From Harriotta raleighana (lineage: Eukaryota), in the NCBI GenBank assembly GCA_050575255.1, contig JBNZDD010013568.1:1233243-1297242 (forward strand): DNA of 64,000 nucleotides, given 5' to 3'. The translations under genes were made by a program, and so were the position numbers. Shown piece by piece: positions 24,393-37,743 of the stretch. A model generated the notes under the pieces. It did no database searches and had not been told where the DNA came from. It saw only the letters and a program-made list of their open reading frames with translations. Positions within the stretch are counted from its first letter, which is position 1. Each line of letters begins with the position of its first letter.

Positions 24393-27300
24393 TCAAGCGC
24401 ACAGAGCATCAGTAATGGCTATCCCATTCCACAAAAGCAGAAGGTGGAACCTTGTAAGACATCGTGTGTGAGCTCCACAGATGTTTGGCAAACTGAGGTG
24501 GAATGAGGACAAAAGGCAGGAAGGAAAATGAAGAAACCTTGACGTACTTTCTGTAAACTGAGATCTCTTACAGAATCCGATTGCACAAAATGATGGGCAG
24601 CACCATTAAGAGACAGGCATCAAACAGTGACATATCCCTGAGCCGTAGAGCGAAAGGAAAGCAGTGAAATTAATGTTGAGGTTGCCCAATTCAGAGGCAA
24701 ATCTGGCAAATTTCTAGCATTTCCTGTTTAGGGAGCGATGGTCAAATGAACGCATTTCAGCACTCAACACACCCTCGCTTTCACAAGTGTTTTCCACACA
24801 AAAGCTTTTTTTAAAAGTAACACCAGAAGGTAAAGCAGAACTATAAACTAGTTCAAGATGCTTCACTTAAGAAAAAATAAACATAAATTAGGACAATTTA
24901 AGAAACAAGCCAAAATCAGGAGAGTTATCTGCTTAAGGCATCTTTCAAAAGCACCCAAATCATCTTGATGCTCTCATACTTCAATCTTGAATTTACCTCA
25001 GTGATAACATAGGTACATAGGTTTAGTCAGATATGTGAAAAGACTGTACTTAAAAGCAAGTAGCATGTGGCCTCTACTTCATATATTCTTTAAATTATAC
25101 TTTAGCAATATGCTTGTAATAAGATAAACTCTAGAGATAGCAAATAGCTGAAATTACTACATAAAAATCACAAACGTGGTGATACTAATCCATACTGTAT
25201 CAGACTGCTTATCTGAGCACATTCAGAATACCTGACATTCCACAAGATTAGATCAGATTAATAGATTAATCTAAAACAAACAATGCATGAATGCAATGCA
25301 TCAAATCTTTTCATTTAAAGTAAAAAACCTACTACTGTAAATAGAATTTTTAAAAATTACCAAACACCTCAACGTCTCCATTAAAATCTTGCTGAAATTT
25401 ATTTTTAATTTTCACACTGTGAATTTTAAAGTGTGTGTGCACACATGTACAGCGAGTGAGAGAGAATGGAAATTTTAGCCTTGATCAAGAGAAGCCTGGA
25501 TCACTCGGGTGGATCCAATGTTCTGTTTATACTGTAAGTTGTAAAATGGAACACTTCCAACATCAACAGTGATCAAGTTTATAAATGGTCGTGTGAACAC
25601 AGGTTGCACGCAGAATAGATTTTCCCAGACATTGAGGTATTGATGTGTGGCACAAGCTAACATGATATGACAAAATCAGAACATCCAGGAACCACAGACG
25701 CGAATAGCACAAAGAGGCAATTCATCAACCTTCTCCCACACATTTTAAACTCTCCCAGACCAACATTTCCACAGCAGTTTGGAATGTTCCTGGTTAATAA
25801 ACTCATCTATCAAGGTTGCCCTAGCACAATTTGATAGGAAATTATCAAAACAGTTAGTCCACTAAATCACTCAACTACTCTGTTGATATTGCAGTTACAA
25901 CTTGGTGAATTCCCCATGACAATCATTTTCTGGATGAACCAAAGGAGCTCAAACCGAAGGCAATCCATAATCAATGCTTATGGTAACTAGGACAATACCT
26001 GCTCCTTTCAAATTCACTGGACTTCTGGCTCATTCATAAATCCTGCTGCTGCTCAATATCTAAAATTGCAGTCAAAATGCCTTGGGTTTACAATGATTGC
26101 TAAAAGCACAGCATACAATTCTGTTGACAATGATTGGACTATTATTGCTCGATGAAAATGCCACTTGCTGCTTTTTAATTAGAAAAAGTCTTTGTGATAT
26201 TGGTATAGTGTGGGTGGCCGGAGGAGTGTTTTGAGACAAAAACTAAAGGTTTACTCTCAGCAAAATTGTTGTAATTTAATGCTCTGATTGGACAATTACA
26301 ATGTTAAACTCAATTGTATCATGACTCAACTGTGGAGCAAGTAACTGTGCAACAAATAACACACACACAGCAAGTAAATCTGATCAAAGTCATAGTCAAG
26401 GCGAGCTGATTACTTCAACTGCAGAACTGCAAAAACTGATTACTGTTCTTTCCAAACTGTACAAACAGCATGTGGATTTGAGATTTCATGTGGTTTACTG
26501 AACCTAAATGCAAACTTTTCCATTCAATAGCTATGTAATGAATTTTCTTGGGAAGAATATCATACTGGGAGAAATATTATACTGGGAGAATATGAGAGAG
26601 GAATGTAGAGTCCTAGGAATAGGAGGCCATTCAACCTATCTCTATTTTTCATTCATATCACTTAACACCCTTTCTTCAAGAATCTGATTTATCCTTGTTT
26701 TGAGCTGTACAGCCTTGTTAACATAGACATAGATTATGGTTTGCCTTTGCTTAGGCTGTGATTCTGTAGCTGGTCTCAGCTGGCAAAGAACATAGATGCA
26801 CTAATTGACATCAAGCGCTCTGAGACATTGCCTCGGGTGGATAGTGCTATATCAATACAAGATGATTCTGTTGACAGAGAGGCAAAATTAGTGATGGTTC
26901 CCACTCTGAGCGCTATTCACTAAATCCTGCTGGAAAGTGCCCATGTTTGCAGCAATTCAGATAGTATAATAATGATAATAATAACTGAGGTAGTGCGATA
27001 ATACTGTTAATAATTATCATTAAGTTAGTAATAATAATTGAGGTAGTGTAGAGTTCAGTTGCAATTCTACTCACCCACCTCCCATTATGAGCTAGCAAAG
27101 TTATACTCTCAAAGCTCACACACAATCAGCAATTTGAGTGCTGGAAATAACGACAGTAGTTATTGTTGCTCACTTCATTCTGTACATGTGAGTGAGAGAA
27201 AATAGGAAGTAGTGAGGATACTGTAATAATAAAAACTGACACATTAGAGTTCCCAACCATGATTCAGTACTGGCACTGTACCAACTGACAACCTGTCAAG

Positions 27301-28275
27301 ATTTTCAGTGGATCAAGGCAAAGTTTCTTTGGTTTGAGGACATGGCGTGTGTACTATTCTGTACCGTGTAGATAGCCTTTAATAATAATATTCCATTATA
27401 CTGATTATCGGTCTTAAACAACGATCAGATCTACATACAAGTCTCTTTTTCCCCATGCTCAACTGATTGCAGTATCACAAATTTTAAAACATTGTACCAT
27501 ATTCCTGTAAATACTTAAAATGTTTTGAATAATCTATTTTGTCTTTTTATTGCCATGCCTAATGTAGTAATTACTGAACTTATTGTAACATCATGCAAGT
27601 TTTGGCCTTTCTCCTACCTGCTGGCCCACATACATTAAAGGTGTTAAAATAATCCTACAAATCACCCCAACAATCACCCGAACACTCGTGAGGAAAAAAA
27701 TCTAGTGAGTGAAGGAACAAACATCCCTGGCAAAAAATACAAGTACCTGACAAGTCTCATTATTTTGAACACCAAAGTTACTTTAATTAGGATGACATTT
27801 TTTATGGGTGGTTCAGTGCTTCTTACTGTTGAACGTTAATTTCACTAGTTTGCCTTTGGCTGATTTTTCAAAAGGCTCAATATTACAATGACCTAATCAC
27901 TGGGAGTATCTCATACAAGGCCTCAGGCTGATTACAAACCGGTTGTAAAATTGTTTTTAATGTAAAGTATTTGGGAAAAGCATCAAAATATACACCAACG
28001 ATTGGCAAAGCAGTGCTTCAGAGATGAATAAATGACGCACTAGTCCTACAAGGTCTTATTTTAATGCTTTACATTATAAAGTTTCTTTTAGAAAAGGGGG
28101 ATAGAAACACTTGTTTCAATGGTTTTTTCACGAGTATTTGTCTATACAGCTAACATTGCAGCTGTGAAACTAACAGTCTGAGTAACAGCATCTGCAGTAG
28201 ACATTAGAAGAGGCCAAATGTTTCTATTTGAATGGTCACCATACAACTCAAAACATGGACAACGATAAAAAAAAA

Positions 28276-28367
28276 TCTACACAGACACGACCGAGCTGCT
28301 TCAATCTCTACATAGACACGTAGAGCTGCTTCAATCTCTACATAGACACGACTGAGCTGCTTGAATC
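28276..28367. repeat. Minisatellite, 3 x 30-31 bp
   Basis: Unit tctacatagacacgactgagctgcttcaatc. Confidence 0.9.
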
Positions 28368-28440
28368 AATACAGAAAGTTTGAATCCATGAAAATGATAT
28401 TTTGTGCTGGAGTGTGACAATTCTATGCAAATCTACAAGC

Positions 28441-28521
28441 TTTCCTTTTGCTTGTCGTACAGAGAATTTCCTTTTCGCTTGTGGTACAGAGAATTTCCCT
28501 TTCGCTTGTGGTACAAAACAA
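28441..28521. repeat. Minisatellite, 3 x 26-28 bp
   Basis: Unit tttccttttcgcttgtggtacagagaa. Confidence 0.9.
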
Positions 28522-28899
28522 TTTTTGGATCTGCAAACGATGAACATAATTGTTGTGGTTTATAATAATGATGTTGATAAAAGACTATCGTGAAGTTAAT
28601 TTGCAGTAAATCTGTGGCACACCTAATCGGGAGCATTAGACTAAACTACTGGTTATAACACATAATTGGAACGGAATGAAAATCATATTCATCCCAAATT
28701 AAAAGACCAGTCGCAGGGCAGGTGGCCAACAGCAAGCCTAATTGAAGGTCCTGTTGTACTCCAACCATAACTACATTGTTTTTACAAACATCAGTCATGG
28801 TATATACATCTTTATATTGTAAAAAAGCGATCAGACATTGTACAAAAGGTACCCTTGGAGAAGTTAATGATTTAAATATCTTTGAAAGCTAACTTATCA

Positions 28900-28995
28900 T
28901 AATTGTCGGCAGCCAACTGCACACAGCAGTGTCCCACAAACAGTCGTGACTAATTGAAATGACCAATTTATTTTTGTTCTTTGAGGGATTATTAT
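28900..28995 (-). mobile_element. SINE internal fragment
   Basis: ggcagccaactgcacacagcagtgtcccacaaacagtc..gaccaattt..tgagggattatt. Confidence 0.75.
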
Positions 28996-29163
28996 GAGGA
29001 ATGTTTAAATAGGAGAAAATCTTGTAAAATAACCACAAACATGCAGTCCTATGACTGGTCACACATTATAAAAGAATGATCAGGTGTCAAAAAAACTACA
29101 ATAATCAACTTAAGCAGGAAAGGACGTTCATAAAAGAATATGGGCCATCTGTGAAGCTCCATA

Positions 29164-29876
29164 CAGTTTACCCTCGTTGAACACAACTTTATCGATTGCC
29201 AATTCAAGTATACGCGACCAAATAAAAGCATCACTTTTTTGTGCAGCACGTGTAAAACTTGTGTAAATGCGCTGGCTGGCCTCCGCGGGCATGCACATGT
29301 ATGAGGAGGCTGACCGCTCCTGACTAAATCTGATGATTCCTCAGCTGGCTGGTCCCGCGCAGATGCGCACTTTTGACGAGGCCGGTAGATTCCGACTAAA
29401 GCCGATGATTTCTCGGCTGGCTGGCCCCGCGCGCAATGCATCGTTGGGTAACTCTTCGATGACTCTTCGACTTCAGAGCATCCTGATGGCATTGCATGGT
29501 AATCAGAAAAGACAGAGAGAGATTCTCTGAACAGTAATTTAGCCTAGCTGTGGTTTTATTGCTTTATTGCTTTCTTTTTATTGCTCTGTTATCACTTAAT
29601 AGCAATAAAGCGATAACAAAACCGGAGCCGGCCGCCTGCAGCTCTCTGCCCTCCGCCCCCGAGTGGCTCTCTGCTCCTCTCCCCCCTGCCCCGAGCGGCT
29701 CTCTGCTCCCGACCCCCCCCGAGAGGCTCTCTGCTCTCTGCGACTTGAGGTGGGTAGCCTGCGACTGAATTCCCCTAACTTAGTTTTCCCATTACTTGTT
29801 AAGCTTACCCAACGCAATTTTATTGAGTGCGCAGTTTTCTAGGAATATAACCCCCACGATCGCCGAGGGTTAACTG
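29164..29876. mobile_element. Tigger-like MITE, 713 bp, with internal tandem repeats
   Basis: TA flanks; TIRs CAGTTTACCCTCG / CGAGGGTTAACTG; GC- and CpG-rich interior. Confidence 0.85.
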
Positions 29877-30018
29877 TATGTGAAATATGATCCCCATAAA
29901 CAGAAATTAACAGCAGCCTTTCAAGTGGATTTACAGGACTTAATTTGGTCTTGAACTTATGACAAGCAGCTGGCTGAAATACCAGTTTCTTAAAGCAGAT
30001 ATACAATGACACGTACGT

Positions 30019-30059
30019 GTGCACACACACACCCCACACACATACACACACGCACACAC
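30019..30059. repeat. Imperfect (CA)n microsatellite
   Basis: gcacacacacaccccacacacatacacacacgcacacac. Confidence 0.85.
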
Positions 30060-30187
30060 TTGCTCTTGGCGTAAGTCCATAACCACTGTAATAATGTGCC
30101 TAGTAGAAAGCTTGCAGCAAAAATGCAACAATAATATGCATTTATCTTGTTTATCAACAGCAATATTTCACAAACGTCAACTACAAT

Positions 30188-30435
30188 ACAATAATAATCC
30201 TTGAATTTGACACTGATGGTTATTACCATCAGAGAAAAGCATCAAAGAGCTTCACGGGTTTTTATTGTTGAAGATAGTGACTGTGTATTTTCGTAAACAA
30301 ACACAGTGACCAATTTGCCCACAAACACCCAAGAGGTGTGACCAATTCAATTTCAAATTGTTGGTCAGGACACAGGGAGAATCTCCCTACGAATTTTGAA
30401 TAATGATGTGGGATCTTTAATGTCAACCTGAACAG
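30188..30435 (-). mobile_element. Degenerate Deu-domain SINE
   Basis: aataataatccttgaatttga... and caggacacagggagaatctccc..gtgggatctttaatgtcaacctga. Confidence 0.65.
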
Positions 30436-32184
30436 ATACCCAAGTATAAAAAAGTTAGTATAAAGATACAGAGGGCAGGAAACAGTTGTTCAATGCTACA
30501 ATTATAGTGATATTTCAGGTTAATAACTGGCTTCTATGGTATGAAGAACAGTAAAGGATGACTGTACAATCAAACCTTTGAAGGCTTTGTGTGTACCTCA
30601 GAGCTTCCCTCATCAGTCATTCCTCAATATCAATTCACCATCTGGTGAGCTGCTGCAAGATCAGCTAGTTCCTCAGAATCACAGCAAAATTAACTGGTTG
30701 GTGGGGAGAGGGCAGACAGCCTGTATATGGTACCACGCTGCAGGAATCAGTCAGCAGCACTTTCAAGGACAAGGCCTGTTGTTTGTTGAATAGTTCATGG
30801 CACAACAATCCACAGAAAATGTAACATTAAAACAGTTGTGTTTTCTGCCCTCACCCCCACCACCACAACGCGATTAAAGGCACAGAGCTAATTCCCTCTT
30901 TTCTGTATGCAGTTTGCGAGTTGCACACAGTGATATTCAGCCTTGCTTCAGCTTTCCTCCTGACACTCAACTCCAACTGACTCTGTTGACAGCTAGTAAT
31001 TGTGTCATTAGGTGATAATGTCTGCAGTGAAGAATTAATGACTGATATAATTATGGCTTGTTGGCTGTGAAAAAAATCTGCTTTTGATTACCGAGAAATC
31101 ATTTATGACCATGTATTATTCTGGGTTCAACACCACGGACACTGATTACACTGGAACAATGAGAATTCCATTGGGAAACCAGCTATGAACAGCACTCCTA
31201 TAATACTCTTGTTCATTATTTAAGTGCAAGTCCTGGTTAGGAAATGCAGACAAGTTATTTAATTGGAGTAGTGGATAAATAAGGAGGTTTTAGACAATCA
31301 GAACCCTATTATCACCCAGTGGCCACATACGTGCACTTTCTGGTTGTGGGCTCTGAACAATGGTTAAGAGCAGGATCCCTGGCTGAATTTCCGCTCCGTA
31401 ATCCAACAACAAAACGGTCCTGAAATGACTGTAGTGCCTCAACTTCCACTCCTGAGACCAGCAAACACAGACGAACCAGGTTTGGAGTCTGCAACCTTCC
31501 AGTGCGTACAGCTGCATTTATCCAGGAAAGTGAGAAGAGCTAATGTACCTTAACACCAGCTACTTGTATTACATTCTAGTATATCCGCAAATGGTTTCTC
31601 TATCTGCCAGGAAAATATAACCACAAAAGAGATAACTTTATTACACCAAGAGACCACTAATTAACATTTTACAAGCTACAGACTTTTCTTCAGCCTAAGA
31701 AAACACTTAGCTTCCAACAACTGCCAGGGGTACTGCATCGTAAAATAAAGATGTTTTAGTTGGTGGAAAAGTGGCTTGGTTATAATTGGATCTATGACAA
31801 GTTTTCATTGAACTCAAAGTCTGAATAAAATGTTTCTATTTTACTGATTTGTATTTTTATTGTATTCCCTACTCAATGGATATTCCTTCTGTCCAAAGAT
31901 CAAACAGCTGGGGAGTGGACTCTTAAACCCAACATCTGTTGCTTTCAAATTAAATGTAATCATTCCTAGTACACTTATAGGCTTGAATGTCTGTAGATAG
32001 AAGGAAACCTGTAGCAATTGAAATATCACTGAAAAGTTTCTGGGCAGTGTGATTTCTCTCCATACACACTGGAGCATTAAAAAGTAGATTAGTGTTTGTA
32101 TAATAAACTTCTTGGCAGGAAAGTGATAAACCTCTAGTTTCAGGAGCAATCAAAAAGAAAATACAATTACATACTCTGCAGTTC

Positions 32185-32360
32185 GTGTCCCCTGCCGTAC
32201 CAGGCTCCATGACCCCATCACTCCCACCCTCGCCCGGCTTTATTGCCTCCCCATCCGCCAGATAGAATTCAAGATCCTAGTCCTCGCTTTCAAGGCCATC
32301 CATGGCCTTTCCCCCTCCCACCTCTCCGACCTGCTGACTCCCTACAAACATGCTCGCTCC
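32185..32360 (+). mobile_element. L2 ORF2 fragment
   Basis: ccatcactcccaccctc..gaattcaagatcctagtcctcgctttcaaggccatccatggcctt (ITP.L..EFKILVLAFKAIHGL). Confidence 0.85.
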
Positions 32361-32436
32361 CACAGGATCTTTAACGTTCATCTGATCCACTAGAAAAGTC
32401 AGACAGGACCAAAATTTAACCCTTCATTTCCAATAA

Positions 32437-32750
32437 GGAGTCCTGTAGCTCAGTGGTTAGAGGACTCACCTTGCAAGTGAGGGACCTCGGTTTGATTCCA
32501 GGCAGCACGAAACCTTGAGCAAGTTTCCTTACTCCAATCACCTGATAATAATCCCTCAAGAAAAAGCAATAATAAATTGGTCACTTCAATCCAAAATTGT
32601 TTTGTAGGACACTGCTGTGCACAATTGGCTGCTGCATTTCTCTCACTTATATATACAGTCAATTCACTTTACAGTATATTCCAAGAAGGGCTTTAAGACG
32701 TCTAGAAGACGTGAAAAGCACTATATCAAATGCAAGGATTATTATTATTA
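32437..32750 (+). mobile_element. Full-length tRNA(Ala-UGC)-derived SINE with L2-like tail and (ATT)n
   Basis: A box TAGCTCAGTGG, anticodon arm CTCAC-CTTGCAA-GTGAG, B box GGTTTGATTCC, candidate TSD aataagg. Confidence 0.9.
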
Positions 32751-33617
32751 ATAAGGCAGCACTCCCTCAATATTGCATTAGAATGTCACCTTGGAATATA
32801 AAACATCACAACCTGATGTACAGCCAATGAAGTTACTTCGAATTGCAAACCTCTCTGAGGGCCAAGGAGAACATCTACAAAGCTCTTGTGACTGGCTCCA
32901 AATTTGGTGCTTTTGTTTTTCAAGAGACCGATCAGGTGGCTGGCTTTTCAACAATAAAATGCTTTCAACAGACCCAAAACTCTCCAACTTTCAAAGTACA
33001 CTCTGTACAGAGACACAGGAACACCAACTGCATTCCCAGATCAGCATGTTTAGTTACTTATTATATTTCTGCAGTGTGCTAGAATTGGGATATTAACAAT
33101 GACGAATAACTCCAGTCAGTTCAAAACCCATCCATGATCTTTCTTGTAAACAGAACCATGGTGATTTTACCAGCAGTTTAAAAATAGAACAAGCTTTTCG
33201 CCAAGATAGAGGCCAGAGGCAGCATGTATTTTCCTCTGTCAGTCACTGGAAACAGGGTTGACTTGGCTCAGACTTCCTTCCCTCTTCACTTCTGGGTCCA
33301 ATTTCCTCATTCCATTCACTGCCCTGAGGTAGTGTTGGGTTAAAGCTTAAGAAAGTGGGGAGACAGATGCTATACAGCGCAAGGGAGTTGTTTTCCGGAG
33401 AGAAAAAACATTCGCAACACACAAGTGGGAGTGCATGATCACTTGTTTAGGGCAAGTCTCATTCAGCTGATACACACCAGACCACTCAGTCAAAACAGAC
33501 TACTCCATCTCTGAATGTAGCCTCAATACTGCACACAGGTATCACCTTCAAAATGCTATCAGGGTAGTCAGGACTGATCAGTCAGTCGGGCCAGGTTTTT
33601 ATTTCCAAGTGATTAAG

Positions 33618-33773
33618 TCATTAGCACAACAATAATGTAATGCTTGACCAATGATATTGGCGATAAACTACTGCAATTGGGTAGCAATAATCAGTTCATT
33701 AGCACAACAATAATGTAATGCTTGACCAATGATATTGGCGATAAACTACTGCAATTGGGTAGCAATAATCAGT
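33618..33773. repeat. Perfect 78-bp tandem duplication
   Basis: 33618-33695 is identical to 33696-33773. Confidence 0.95.
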
Positions 33774-34496
33774 GGTTACTTCACCCTTCAAACTGCCCTA
33801 TCAGCAATACCAGAAGACAAAGTCTTTCACCTCAATTTATAGGGTAATCACTCAAAACAATCAGGCCTGATCCAGCACTGTGTGCAGCAGAATGTTCCTG
33901 GTTTGGGAGAAATTCTGAGCCAAATCTTCTATATATTTAGGGAGGGGGAGGCTATGATGTAGAACTGAAGCAATAGTGCTGCAATAGCCAGCTTTGTGGA
34001 TGAATGACTACAGGATCAGAGCATATTTTGTTGAAAAGACATTTACGTTAGAACAAAAAACAAGCTGAAACAACTCAAGACGATATAAGATATGGATGTG
34101 TTGACATTTTGCAATTATCAGTAACTATTTCAAGCAATTTCTGCTTTTTAATCTCATTTAATCACAGAATGACATTTTTATCTCCAGGGATGAAAACAGA
34201 GTACACTTTGTTTGCTTAAATCTTAGAGTCAGGCCTTACATATTATGAAATGTTACACTATTACTATTCATCAGAACTATGCGCATTCTGCAAATTTTAG
34301 ACACATTTAACACAGTAGAGGCAAGAATTACAAGCCAACACATAAACTGCGAGACACTGAGGGAGCATCTCAAAATTCCCCACAAGTACATTTCCTCAAA
34401 CATATTAATCCAATTTGATATCAATGCACTTTGTCCTTTACCCAGAGGGTAATTAACGACCAGACAGGTTGCCAGGAAGGGTGCTTGATGCTATCA

Positions 34497-34600
34497 ACAA
34501 TAATAATAATATTGGCATTTAATGTAGCTCCTTATCTATCACAAAGCACTTCATAGGATCTACTGTAAAGTGTAATGACTATATTTTGTGGGTGAATTGC
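34497..34600 (-). mobile_element. Degenerate SINE 3' part
   Basis: aataataataat..gcatttaatgtagc..aaagcacttca..actgtaaagtg..gactatattttgtggg. Confidence 0.6.
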
Positions 34601-37600
34601 ATATCTAAATATAAAAATTACATTAATCTAGAGTTTGCGTGAATTATCCATTTTACTGATATTAATTGAGAATTTTCCAAACCAGTTAGGCATTGAATTA
34701 AGACAGTTGATGTGGAAACTTCTGACATAATTGAAACCGGTATGAATTTAACAATTTTAAAAAAAAAAATTCCAAGCTGGATTTTTGTACAGTATTTGTG
34801 ATGCCTTTCCGCCTTTATAGTTTCAGCTTTCCTGTCTATTTTGCTGGGAAATGACAACAAGTAATCTGCTCTCAGAGGAACATTCAAAACCAACTATACA
34901 ATCTTTTCAGCATTCAGACAGTTAGCTGCCCTTAATTGTTGTGAAGCTTTTGAGTTCATTACAATTATCGTTAACCTGCAGTCCCGAAATTTGGTCTAGG
35001 TTAATAATATTCTTTGCATGAGCAACGTCCAGTACTTGTACTTATGTGAATAGAAATGAATCTAGCTGATAGCTTGTTATACATTCAGTAATCAAAGAAT
35101 TGAAGTCCCCATTTTAAACACCATCATATATTTATGAATAGCTCTGTCCTTTAAATAAAAGGCTGCCTGCTCCTTCAAGGCCAGATACTGCCGATTGACA
35201 TTACTGTGGCATTTCGCTGAACCATAGAATGCCTGAATGCTTTGACATGCAAGTTGTGTTCAATGGATCAAGAAGACAAAGAAAACACAAGGAGCTGCTT
35301 ATTCTAACCTCACTGTTCTCCGACCCTGTGCACTGACAAGCAGCAAAAGACTAAACATAACACATTCAGGGTCAGCTAAATAATTGCAGTGTAAGTGCTG
35401 AGTGTCCTGAAGAGGGAGGAGAGGAAGGAGCCACGCTCTCTAAGACAGCTCCATACAAACCATGCTCAGAGCAGCACTCCAATGAAATTAATTCTCGACC
35501 GTCGTTATCCATGGGTAGGGATTCCCTCATTTTGGGAATCAACCTTTGTGCGAAGCTTTCAATGGTGATTAATTACCGCTGTATGTGTTCAGTCACTTTA
35601 CTGGCACAGTGTGCATGACATTACATTTACCAGAGTTTCAATAAACACATTTAGGAGAAACATGGTGCCCACTATAATTTACTGATGAGAAACAGAAAAA
35701 CTGTCATGATTACCCTCTTCTCTGGCGTTGGCTCCTGAAAGCCGAAATGCAAGAACAGTACTCAACAACTGCCATACTACACAAGCAGGACTGGCCTTCG
35801 TTCAAACTTAAAGAGAATGTGATTTTGATTAGCACTGTGTATTATACACCCACAAGGAGCTCTGAACAGCAGCCATAAAACATCTTCAAAGGTGCCAACT
35901 TCCTTCATGCATGCTTCCATCACTGACCTCTGCACACAGCAGAAAAAGAAGCTGAAACTGTACTCCAATTCTAAGGCGCAATTCTAGGTTTCCCCTCGCC
36001 ACAGTTGTTTCCGAGGCTTCATTGAACATGTTTGTACACATTTACCCCTAGACTCAGATAACTTGTGGGACTCCCACCTGCCTGTCAGATTGGTTTCTTG
36101 ATTTAATAGCAACTATTGTAATTCCCATGTGTCTGACAGACAGTGAAGAGGATGCACTATCTTCTCATGCAGAAAACCAAACCCAATTTCCTTCCTTCTC
36201 AAAACTAACTTGGTTGCCAAAGCGCTGAGATTCAAAAAACTGAGCGATTATTTCTAATCCAAATTATTTTTGCTCGGTTTGAAGTACAGATGTCTTCACA
36301 CATTTTATAGCCAAACATAAACCTTCTCCACTTTTGAGAGCTTACACAGGTGTCAGCCAGCATGTACCCAGGAGAAATGAGTGCCAGAGTGAACATGCAC
36401 TTCCTGTTTCACAGCATTAAAAGGAAGAAGCTGTTGCTATAAATTTCACGGGACATCAATCGTTGATAAAATAGCATAACCGGATCCAGGGAAACACAGC
36501 ACTGGTTTCCTCTCCTTACAAAGAAGCTGATAAGGTATTTGACAGTGTAAACAGGTTTTCAGTTTCCTACACGCAGGCTTGTAAACTACTCCTGATGGAT
36601 TTCAAATTAAATTCTGTTCAGTATAGGGCCCCCAAAAAGAGGATTTTAAAGACTACAAATGAAGGCACTGCAAAACCTACTGCAACATTTGATTAGTATC
36701 CAAAGAAAATTGAGCTTTTGAATCTGGATTAAGATTGAAGCAGTTTAGATACAAATGTTCAAAACCACCTCAAATGTAAACTCGAGCACCACCAATCCAA
36801 TTCCAAACCAGGGGTGTGAAGTCCCGGACTGCCCGCAGCTGCAGTTTTATACATCTGGGCAATTGTATTTCATTCGGAAATTACAAGAATTGTAGAACTC
36901 CTATACAGTTCTAGAGAACTACATTATGTCAATATATGGTTTCACAGGTTTAATGAGTCCCCCAGCAATCCAGCTAAATGGCTATGATGTGTCAGCCATA
37001 GTTGGTCTCATCTGCCTGAGCAGATCTTTGAAATGTTCACTGTTTGATCAATGGAAACCAAATAAGCAAACATGGTTTTACTTTAATTATAGCCAAATGA
37101 TCTTGAATAATTCATACTGAAACCACATTATGCAAACAGGAAAGCAATGCTGCCTCCAGTACTGGTGCCTACCTGAACACCGGTTATCATGGTAGAGGAA
37201 CTTTCCAGCAAATAGTTGCTAGTAATGAAATCCATTTGTTTCTAATTACATTTACTTCTAATTGAACTGTTCGCATAGTGCACACCAACTTAACAGGGTT
37301 AACACTGGCAAGGTATTGTGCCACACCGAGCTTGCTCCCACAGTTTCTCTGTGATAGAGATGTGACATACCCTAATTAGGGGCAAAGTCCTAAATAAAGT
37401 GTAATGCCAGTTGCGCCATGCCCTTGCTGAAACAATCACATGAGGTCTATCCCAGCAGCACAGAGAAAACAATTAGTCAGACAGCACAGGGAGTGCAATG
37501 GGTCAGCAGTATAAAAAGCCATTTTTGTCCCTCATTACCGTTCGTTCTGTGGAGATTTACGGGAATCCCACAGGAGAGGGTATGCTCTATAAAAAAGAAC

Positions 37601-37743
37601 ACATACACTATTTACACAATAAATAATAGCACTGGAAAAATTGTCTTTTCCGTTCATGTATCACTTTAGGCAGTAAGGTTGTTCAAAATAACCCACAGGT
37701 ATTCACCCAATACCTTCCAGCGGGAGTCACTGAAAAGTTATCG

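Noticed and set aside
32437-32510. tRNA-Ala gene
   Set aside because: There is no proper acceptor stem or poly-T terminator, and it runs straight into a SINE body found in many copies.
35675-35712. Hammerhead-like CTGATGA-GAAAC-AG..CT-GTC
   Set aside because: Stem II is entirely missing and stem I is mismatched next to the core, so this is likely chance.
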